Translations under genes and position numbers: made by a program
NCBI RefSeq assembly: GCF_018336915.1
Contig: NZ_CP064923.1
Span: 5,100,001 to 5,132,000, forward strand
Length of the DNA stretch: 32,000 bases
Source of the DNA: Acaryochloris marina S15
GTDB lineage: Bacteria; Cyanobacteriota; Cyanobacteriia; Thermosynechococcales; Thermosynechococcaceae
Direction of reading: 5' to 3'
Notes under the pieces: generated by a model
The model's input: the letters and a program-made list of their open reading frames with translations, nothing else
What the model was told of the DNA's origin: nothing
Database searches by the model: none
Part shown: positions 25,298 to 32,000 of the stretch, one piece after another
How positions within the stretch are numbered: position 1 is the stretch's first letter
Layout of the letters: each line of letters opens with the position of its first letter

Positions 25298-26647
25298 CTA
25301 AGGCTTAGGAACGGATGGCATCGGCACAGTTGGGGCGATATTGGAATCCGCAGGAGGAACCGTGGGCGCATCCGGTACAGAAGGAGTAGTCGGTACTGAT
25401 GGCTTGGGAACCGATGGTAACGGCACAGTTGGGGCAACCGATGGTTCCGATGGTGCTCCCGCTGGAGCAGGCGATGCACCCGTCGATGCATCTGCTTTCA
25501 CGCAGTTGAGGGTACGCAAGGTGGCTGCTGCTGCATAATTACGCTGAGCCGATTGATTCGGGGTAAAGGCCAAACCCTTTTCATTTAGGGGAGAGGCAAC
25601 TCCACAATAGCTAGACATTTCCGTAATCACGTCAACTGCCCAATGACCACTGGTATCCGTGAAATTAGTAGGGGGTTGCTTCACGGCCAGTTGCGTATCA
25701 AGTCCGCCTAAGGATTTAGCATAAATGGCGGCGTTCTTAAGGACTGCCATCATTTCTGCTCGGGTGACTTTACGAGTCGGCTGGAAGGTCCCATCAGGAT
25801 AACCCTTGACGATATCGTTTTGCTGAGCAAAGGCAATCTTGGCTGCGCTCCAACGGCCTGCTTCCACATCAGGATAGGGATTACTGCTGGCCTGACTAGG
25901 CACGGTAAAGCTCACCCCAGGAATATTCTTCAGGGACTCCAGAATCATAGACACCAATTGCTCACGGGTCAGGGATTCTAGCGGACGGAAGGTATTATCT
26001 TCAAATCCGGCAATAAACTTGAGGGCAACGGCCTGACTAATATCTTTGAGGTAAATGTCATTTTCAACATCGGGAAACGGCACGGCGCTAATGCCCTTGG
26101 AGATATAGACATGACCTAGGGTTTTCTTTTTGAATGCTCGCTTGGTCAGCCGCCAGTCAGGATTGAGGGCAATCTTGGCAAATCCTGTTGTTTTGCCGTT
26201 GGTCCGACCCAATTCAATCTCCTGATCACCCCCGGCTTTGGAATCAGGAATTCCCATCAGCACCATATCCGTGTCAGTCTTACGGATTTGGACCAAATAT
26301 CGGCCTCCCAAATCGTCACCGTCCACACGAATCGAGTAACCATTTTGATCGACGCTGCGGCTACACAAACCGGTGAAGTCAAAGTTCAGCAAAAGCGGAT
26401 CAATGACGACGGGATTGCTGCCACTTTCACTCCAACATTCTTTTTCAGTAGAAATTTGTTCCAGGATCAGGAGTTGGTGAATATTGCCATTGCCGATGGG
26501 GGCGGCTACTAAAACAAACTTAGACTGATTGATTTCTTTCTCACTAAAAGTAGCGGCTCGGGCCTCTGGGACAGTAGCTCCCACTGCAAACGTGGCAGAG
26601 GCCGCAACAGCGAGTAATTGAACAATGGGGCGTAATGATAGTTTCAT
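25298..26647 (-). CDS. Secreted protein with an N-terminal DUF3747-like domain, three SLH domains and a Pro-rich C-terminal tail
   Basis: ATG at 26647 (MKLSLRPIVQLLAVAASATFAVGATVPEARA) gives a signal peptide; the track start at 26713 is less likely. SLH-like segments: FPDVENDIYLKDISQAVALKFIAGFEDNTFRP, YPDVEAGRWSAAKIAFAQQNDIVKGYPDGTFQP, FTDTSGHWAVDVITEM. The tail contains APTVPLPSVPKP and APTVPMPSVPKP. Confidence 0.8.
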   Translation of the reverse strand: MKLSLRPIVQLLAVAASATFAVGATVPEARAATFSEKEINQSKFVLVAAPIGNGNIHQLLILEQISTEKECWSESGSNPVVIDPLLLNFDFTGLCSRSVDQNGYSIRVDGDDLGGRYLVQIRKTDTDMVLMGIPDSKAGGDQEIELGRTNGKTTGFAKIALNPDWRLTKRAFKKKTLGHVYISKGISAVPFPDVENDIYLKDISQAVALKFIAGFEDNTFRPLESLTREQLVSMILESLKNIPGVSFTVPSQASSNPYPDVEAGRWSAAKIAFAQQNDIVKGYPDGTFQPTRKVTRAEMMAVLKNAAIYAKSLGGLDTQLAVKQPPTNFTDTSGHWAVDVITEMSSYCGVASPLNEKGLAFTPNQSAQRNYAAAATLRTLNCVKADASTGASPAPAGAPSEPSVAPTVPLPSVPKPSVPTTPSVPDAPTVPPADSNIAPTVPMPSVPKP

Positions 26648-26802
26648 GGGTTTGGCTCTACAACGTGATGGTGAATTATGTTGAGCGACATGGGTCAGCC
26701 TTTGTGACGACAAGCATCGTCTGGCTTGTTCCAGGGGTTCGTTTTAAGTCGAGAGTGTATCACGCCAAACCATTTGTTTTTCTTTATCCCCCAAAAATAT
26801 AA

Positions 26803-27513
26803 CTAATTTTTAAGCCCAGATTTTGGCAGAGAAGGGGGTCTATACCAGCGCCATAAACGATGAGGGCTGACTCCCAAGGTGTAAAGCCCCAACAACATCC
26901 AATTCCGCAGGGTACAGCGAAGAATGCCTTCTTGTTCCCAACGCCGAGGCGAAACCAAAACGCGATCGCGCACAATTTGAATCGGAATCCGCTGCCGTTT
27001 GAGCTGCTGCATCAGAGCCACATCTTCCATAATCGGGATATTGGGAAAGCCACCCACTCGCATAAACGTGGCTCGATCAACAAAAATAGCCTGGTCACCA
27101 TAGGGAATGCGCGTGAAACGCGATCGCAAAGAGGCAACCCGACTGATCCACTGCAGGCTTGTTCTAGGACTATCAATCCCTAGATCAAACGCCCCCGCAG
27201 TCGCTTGCTCCCGAGTCCTACAGATTTGGGATAGAGCAGTCTGGGGCAGTCTGGTATCCGCATGTAAAAACAGCAGGGTTGGAGCTTGAGCTAGTTTAGC
27301 CCCGGCATTCATCTGCGTTCCTCGACCCGCTGCAGCCGTTATCCCTTGGATGTCGGGGGGCAGATATTGCAGGGTTGAGCCCTCTGGATCACCATCCACC
27401 ACAATGACTTCATAAACCCTATCCCCGGCAATGGCCTTGAGATGATCAGCCAGGAGCAAAATATTCGCCCCTTCATACAACACAGGAATAACAATAGAAA
27501 GTTCAGGTTTCAT
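26803..27513 (-). CDS. Family-2 glycosyltransferase (resembles TIGR04283 'transferase 2, rSAM/selenodomain-associated')
   Basis: LSIVIPVLYEG...EVIVVDGDPEGST...GRGTQMNAGAKLAQAPTLLFLHADTRLP. ATG at 27513 is preferred over the track start at 27531. It overlaps the upstream gene by 11 nt. Confidence 0.8.
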   Translation of the reverse strand: MKPELSIVIPVLYEGANILLLADHLKAIAGDRVYEVIVVDGDPEGSTLQYLPPDIQGITAAAGRGTQMNAGAKLAQAPTLLFLHADTRLPQTALSQICRTREQATAGAFDLGIDSPRTSLQWISRVASLRSRFTRIPYGDQAIFVDRATFMRVGGFPNIPIMEDVALMQQLKRQRIPIQIVRDRVLVSPRRWEQEGILRCTLRNWMLLGLYTLGVSPHRLWRWYRPPSLPKSGLKN

Positions 27514-28207
27514 CGTGGCCCAAAAGGTCAAGATGTTCCTGAAGAAAAGCCATACTCTCTGTTTGGACGCCAGCTAGGGATAGTCTTTGGTGGAAGTGGC
27601 GTAAATCTTCTAATGTATCGACATCATACCAAGTTGGCAGTTGGTGGACTGGACGAGGTTGGAGGCGCTGGAGGGTCTGCTCAAAGACCGTCTCTGTACT
27701 CCAGGGCATATCTGAAAAAACGTCAGGGGTAAAAGTCTCAGGGGTAAACCCCAGGGTATAGTATCCACCATCATCGCTAGGACCAATCACGATGTGCTGC
27801 TGCTTCAGGGCATTGAGTCCATTCTGCAAATAGGACAGGGGCAAATCAGGACTATCACTGCCCGTAATTAAAGCACCGCCATATCCCCTCTCAAAACAGG
27901 TGGTAAAGGCATGGGCCATCCGCTCGCCTAAATCATCCCCTTGCTGAGAAAGATAAGTATATTCAGACCCTAACCAATCCCGCACCGCCGTTTCCACTTC
28001 TGCCGGGGCATAGAAAATAAGTTGGTCTATCCCCAGTTGTTGAGTGGTGAGGAGTAAATCCCTAGCAAAGCAGCGATAGAGCGCAGCAGCCGCTTCAAAC
28101 CCAATCCTTCGTCCTAATCGAGATTTAACAGTGCCAGGGATAGGATTTTTGACAAATAGCAGCAGGCAAAACGGGGCATCGGAGGAGGACCTATCCTGGT
28201 CGTTCAT
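27503..28207 (-). CDS. DUF2064-family nucleotidyl/glycosyl-transferase-like protein (resembles TIGR04282 'transferase 1, rSAM/selenodomain-associated')
   Basis: 234 aa. CLLLFVKNPIPGTVKSRLGRRIG...AAALYRCFARDLL...ITGSDSPDLP...VIGPSDDGGYYTLG, the typical DUF2064 pattern. Confidence 0.75.
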   Translation of the reverse strand: MNDQDRSSSDAPFCLLLFVKNPIPGTVKSRLGRRIGFEAAAALYRCFARDLLLTTQQLGIDQLIFYAPAEVETAVRDWLGSEYTYLSQQGDDLGERMAHAFTTCFERGYGGALITGSDSPDLPLSYLQNGLNALKQQHIVIGPSDDGGYYTLGFTPETFTPDVFSDMPWSTETVFEQTLQRLQPRPVHQLPTWYDVDTLEDLRHFHQRLSLAGVQTESMAFLQEHLDLLGHDET

Positions 28208-28246
28208 AAAAACTGTGGCAAACCGAACGTCCCTATCATATCGGCT

Positions 28247-28684
28247 CTAAGCCGCTTTGAAATGAGGGGATAGGGCTCGACAATGCCCTAAGGCATAGCA
28301 GAGGCGACGCTCTAACGTGCGATGGTTACAGCGCACTACCCGATTTTGATCAGTATTGGTAAAGAACCAATCACAACGCCAAAAATGGCGCTGACAGGTC
28401 AATACCCACTGTTGTCCCTCAAATTCAAATTGAGCCATGAAATGGGCCTGATGTTCCGCTTGCTCACTAAGGCAAATTTTTAACCCCAAGCCTTTTTGCA
28501 GTTTGGCACTTAAGGCCCGATCTAGCTCGTTCTGGAAGGCTGCTCGCAAAAGTACTAACCGCCGTCGATACCGAATTGCCATGCGGAGTTTGCGCTTTTG
28601 ATACCGCTGGCGTTGGTTGCAATAGGCTTGATCCACTTTGGTTGCCACAAACGTTGGGGGAGGAGTGGTAAGACCGATGGACAT
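28247..28684 (-). CDS. Hypothetical protein (basic, Cys/His-containing)
   Basis: ORF with probable ATG at 28684 (MSIGLTTPPP...), 145 aa. No recognisable motif. Arg-rich segment QRQRYQKRKLRMAIRYRRRL; C-terminal region with CQRHFWRCDW...RCNHRTLERRLCYALGHC. Confidence 0.45.
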   Translation of the reverse strand: MSIGLTTPPPTFVATKVDQAYCNQRQRYQKRKLRMAIRYRRRLVLLRAAFQNELDRALSAKLQKGLGLKICLSEQAEHQAHFMAQFEFEGQQWVLTCQRHFWRCDWFFTNTDQNRVVRCNHRTLERRLCYALGHCRALSPHFKAA

Positions 28685-28855
28685 TGCTTGAGTCTCCAGA
28701 GGGGCTGAGTTAGTACAAATGTACTTTATCTGCATTTTTTGCCCCTGTCAATCCCTAAACAGGTGAAGTGAGGATTTCATGAATATTCGACCACTACGCC
28801 ATATGTAGTTAAAAATACAATCTAATGTCTATATATAGCGTCTTTATCCCATAGC

Positions 28856-28886
28856 CCAAAAAAAGAGGCTCTGGGAACAGAGCCTC
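28856..28886 (-). terminator. Rho-independent terminator downstream of ftsH
   Basis: 10-bp perfect stem 28863-28872 / 28877-28886 (agaggctctg / cagagcctct) with a GGAA/TTCC tetraloop. A run of six T (complement of the A run 28858-28863; the first T pairs in the stem) follows on the minus strand. A second 9-bp hairpin (28922-28930 / 28935-28943) lies just after the stop codon. Confidence 0.7.
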
Positions 28887-28951
28887 TTGAGATAGTCAAT
28901 GATTAATGCAGGATGTGAAACCACCAGAGACTTATCTCTGGTGATGCAGCG

Positions 28952-30796
28952 TTATGCGATCGCAGCCATTTTCACTTCATTCGTATTCAGAATTTCCTGA
29001 AGTTCATCAGAATCTACCGTTTCCTTCTCAACCAATCGTTCAGCAATTTTATCGAGTACTAAACGGTTAGAAGTCAACACATCCTTAGCCCGACGGTAGG
29101 CTTGATCCACTAGGTTACGCACCTCATCATCAATCGTAGAGGCAGTCTCTTCAGAGAAGTCCCGCTCACTCATGATGTCGCGTCCCATGAATGGATTGCC
29201 TTGCTGACGGCCTAGGGCCACAGGCCCCAAACGATCGCTCATACCAAAACGAGTAATCATCTGGCGGGCAACGCGAGCCACTTGCTGCAGGTCGTTAGAA
29301 GCACCTGTTGTCACTTCTTCCTCACCAAAGATGATTTCTTCAGCAATTCGACCGCCTAAAGCAACAGCCATTTGGTTCTGTAAGTAGCTGCGGCTGTAGA
29401 GACCAGAATCCATTTGGTCTTCGTTCGGTGTAAACCAAGTTAGACCCCCTGCACCACCTCGAGGAATAATGCTAATTTTTTGAACTGGATCATAATCCGG
29501 CATCAATGCACCCACAAGAGCATGACCTGCCTCGTGGTATGCCACTAAGCGCTTGCGGCGCTCGCTCATGACGCGGTCTTTCTTCTCAGGTCCAGCCAAG
29601 ACCCGATCGATGGCATCGTTGATTTCATCCATCGAAATCTCAGTCAGATTTCGCCGGGCTGCTAGAATCGCAGCTTCATTTAAGAGATTCGACAAGTCAG
29701 CACCCGTAAATCCAGGAGTCCGACGAGCCATCTTCTCTAAATCAACATCCTTAGAGAGGGTTTTGCCTCGGGCATGGACGTTAAGGATTTCACGACGTCC
29801 TTTGTAATCTGGACGATCCACCACTACTTGACGGTCAAAACGACCGGGACGCATCAGAGCAGAATCCAGTACGTCAGGACGGTTGGTGGCTGCAATGATA
29901 ATGATGCCGGTATTGCCTTCAAAACCATCCATTTCCGTTAGGAGTTGGTTAAGGGTTTGCTCCCGCTCATCATTACCGCCGCCTAGACCAGCACCTCGCT
30001 GACGGCCAACAGCATCGATTTCATCGATAAAGACGATACAAGGGGCATTGGTTTTAGCTTGCTCAAACAAGTCTCTGACTCGAGAAGCACCCACACCCAC
30101 AAACATTTCCACAAACTCTGAACCAGAGATGGAGAAAAAGGGAACGCCCGCTTCTCCAGCTACAGCCTTCGCTAGAAGGGTTTTACCCGTTCCAGGAGGA
30201 CCCACCAACAGTACGCCTTTAGGAATCTTGGCACCCACGGCAGTAAAGCGGTCTGCGTTCTTTAGAAAGTCAACGACTTCCGTCAGCTCCAACTTTGCCT
30301 GCTCAATACCCGCCACATCATTAAAGGTGACTTGGGTCTGAGGTTCCATCTGGACTCTGGCTTTGGACTTACCAAAGTTCATGGCCTGGTTACCAGGTCC
30401 GGACTGAGCCCGACGGAACAAAAAGAAAAGTCCCACGAGTAAGAGGACGGGCACCAAAAATGTGCTCAACGCCTTAAACCAAACCCCTTCTTCTCTTTGA
30501 GGAAGGACAGCAATATCAACATCTTGCTTAGTTAAGATATCGATAAAGTCTGGATCCGGTGGCAAGTTGACGGTAATTATACCCTCGCCAGATTTCACCT
30601 CAGCCATCGTTCGATCGGCACTGATGCGAATTTTTTCAACGTTGTTATTTTCAACTTCTTCGATTAGCTTGCTGTAACGCCAAGTTGGGTTATCAGCAGG
30701 CTGGCGCTCTAGTAAAGCTGTCCCTAATGCCAAGACAACAATGGCTAACAGCGCATACAATCCTGCATTTCTCCACCGCTTATTCACGGACTTCAA
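28952..30796 (-). CDS. ftsH: ATP-dependent zinc metalloprotease FtsH
   Basis: 614 aa. N-terminal TM; Walker [24 protein letters not shown]; Walker [10 protein letters not shown]; [22 protein letters not shown]; Zn site HEAGHA. The start is ambiguous: TTG at 30796, or GTG 9 nt downstream with better Shine-Dalgarno spacing. Confidence 0.95.
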   Translation of the reverse strand: MKSVNKRWRNAGLYALLAIVVLALGTALLERQPADNPTWRYSKLIEEVENNNVEKIRISADRTMAEVKSGEGIITVNLPPDPDFIDILTKQDVDIAVLPQREEGVWFKALSTFLVPVLLLVGLFFLFRRAQSGPGNQAMNFGKSKARVQMEPQTQVTFNDVAGIEQAKLELTEVVDFLKNADRFTAVGAKIPKGVLLVGPPGTGKTLLAKAVAGEAGVPFFSISGSEFVEMFVGVGASRVRDLFEQAKTNAPCIVFIDEIDAVGRQRGAGLGGGNDEREQTLNQLLTEMDGFEGNTGIIIIAATNRPDVLDSALMRPGRFDRQVVVDRPDYKGRREILNVHARGKTLSKDVDLEKMARRTPGFTGADLSNLLNEAAILAARRNLTEISMDEINDAIDRVLAGPEKKDRVMSERRKRLVAYHEAGHALVGALMPDYDPVQKISIIPRGGAGGLTWFTPNEDQMDSGLYSRSYLQNQMAVALGGRIAEEIIFGEEEVTTGASNDLQQVARVARQMITRFGMSDRLGPVALGRQQGNPFMGRDIMSERDFSEETASTIDDEVRNLVDQAYRRAKDVLTSNRLVLDKIAERLVEKETVDSDELQEILNTNEVKMAAIA

Positions 30797-30868
30797 TCCT
30801 CCAGGTTCAGAATGGGGCGATGCGATCGCTACATTAACTAATGTTAACCCATTCTTTCAGAGGTGGGG

Positions 30869-32000
30869 CTAGCTACTGGGAATTACGCTATTTTCTGGGT
30901 TCACCAAACGCAAGAGCTTTTGCTTAATTTGGGTATCGTAGACACTCCACTTCAGCTTAGCGAAATCCGAATTCTCATTTAAGCCCGACAAAAAGCCCAT
31001 GGGGATTTCAAATCCCCCTGCAAGGGAGCGACCACCCCCAAAAAAGCGGCCATGGGTATCTTGGCCAAAGGCCTCTTTGATAAATTCATCCGGGTCAAGG
31101 GTAATTTTCGTGGTGCGCAAGGACCCAACCACCAGTTCTAGGTCTTCATCTTCATCATGGACAATGCCATATACCACAGCTGTATGGACATTATCTTCCG
31201 TGACTAAAAAATCTGCGGCTTGAGGAATCGCATCACGATTGTCATAGCGGAGAAACCCCACCCCCGCAATCGTTACATTGTTATAAACGCTGCGATTTTT
31301 GAGAGCACTCTCAATCACATCCATCACCTGCTTTGACCGCGAGGACTGGAGAACCGTATTCAGTAACTGGCTGTCATAGAAGCGGCTCAGGTAGGCAGCT
31401 GCCAGAAAATCTTCTTCCTGGGCTTGCCTAAGGAAATTAGTGTCGGAGCGTAGCCCATGCATCAGTGCAGTTGCACAATGCACATGTTCACTAACGCTGC
31501 TATCAAACTCTAGTAAACCGGCCCGGAGATATTGGGTGAGGATAGTTGCTGTGGCTCGGGTATTCGGCCGCACATCCGTAAATTCAGCTTCAACCCCTTC
31601 TTGCAAACTATGGTGATCGATGATGATAGTGATCGGAATATTCGCTGCCTGCAAAGTCGGCAGCAATTGGCTGGTGGTGCCTTGATTATCAATCAAGACA
31701 CAGCCCTGGTAAGCCGATAAATCTTTTCCTTTCGTTTTAGGAGACTGACAAGCCCATCGTTGCACGGGCAGGTTGGTCAACTTTACAAGGGCAATGTTTT
31801 CTTGATGACTGAGGGTACCAGCGTAGAGAATCTCACATTGGATATCAAACTGTTCCGCAATGAGCTTATAGGCCCATGCAGAAGAAAGGGCGTCTGGATC
31901 TGGAAAATCTTGTAAAACGACGAGTTGCGAGTCGCCCCGATGGCTTTCGAGAATCTTGGCAAATGCGTCAGCGCGCTGTTCCTGGGCTCGCCCATTCAGG
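30869..32000 (-). CDS. DHH-family phosphoesterase (NrnA-like), 5' end outside window
   Basis: The track ORF (30869-31780) starts at an internal TTG. The same frame stays open to the window edge and reads LNGRAQEQRADAFAKILESHRGDSQLVVLQDFPDPDALSSAWAYKLIAEQF...(DHH motifs I/II), then IIIDHHS (motif III) and GGGRSLAGGF (DHHA1 GGGH-like). Confidence 0.8.
   Translation of the reverse strand, partial: LNGRAQEQRADAFAKILESHRGDSQLVVLQDFPDPDALSSAWAYKLIAEQFDIQCEILYAGTLSHQENIALVKLTNLPVQRWACQSPKTKGKDLSAYQGCVLIDNQGTTSQLLPTLQAANIPITIIIDHHSLQEGVEAEFTDVRPNTRATATILTQYLRAGLLEFDSSVSEHVHCATALMHGLRSDTNFLRQAQEEDFLAAAYLSRFYDSQLLNTVLQSSRSKQVMDVIESALKNRSVYNNVTIAGVGFLRYDNRDAIPQAADFLVTEDNVHTAVVYGIVHDEDEDLELVVGSLRTTKITLDPDEFIKEAFGQDTHGRFFGGGRSLAGGFEIPMGFLSGLNENSDFAKLKWSVYDTQIKQKLLRLVNPENSVIPSS

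Noticed and set aside
31783-31995. 70-aa minus-strand track ORF upstream of the DHH gene
   Set aside because: It is out of frame with the DHH gene. The DHH gene's own frame stays open to the window edge and encodes the DHH motifs I/II (DFPDPDALSSA), so the 70-aa ORF is an artefact.

Overview
The window looks like cyanobacterial chromosome. I found 13 copies of the HIP1 octamer GCGATCGC by eye. Lineage-typical genes are also present: tocopherol cyclase, Cry-DASH, FtsH, an SLH-domain protein, TolC-like OMP, PilD, RsmG. No rRNA, tRNA, CRISPR array, transposase or integrase was seen. Most genes are ordinary housekeeping: adk, rpiA, cysK plus an Rrf2 regulator, pilD, pterin dehydratase, rsmG, ftsH.

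The strongest candidate for something new is the 1299-aa ORF at 16435-20334. It has two N-terminal TM helices, a STAND-type P-loop NTPase, a third TM helix, 11 near-identical 120-bp (40-aa) tandem helical repeats, and an unrecognisable C-terminal domain. Repeat differences concentrate in a few codons. It reads like a membrane-spanning NLR-like sensor whose repeat array is predicted to lie outside the cytoplasm.

The left 3.4 kb is a second accessory-looking region. A divergent GNAT / transglutaminase-like cassette has been duplicated with reciprocal decay. The two copies bracket a roughly 30% G+C ORF-poor island and a small gene for a secreted, very Arg/Lys/His/Trp-rich protein. The intact transglutaminase-like gene also carries a 34-bp intragenic inverted repeat.

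HIP1 is absent from two blocks, 1-9025 and 15102-22153. These blocks contain the accessory-looking genes, including the STAND gene.

Everything here rests on reading the sequence and recalling family motifs. No database search was run.
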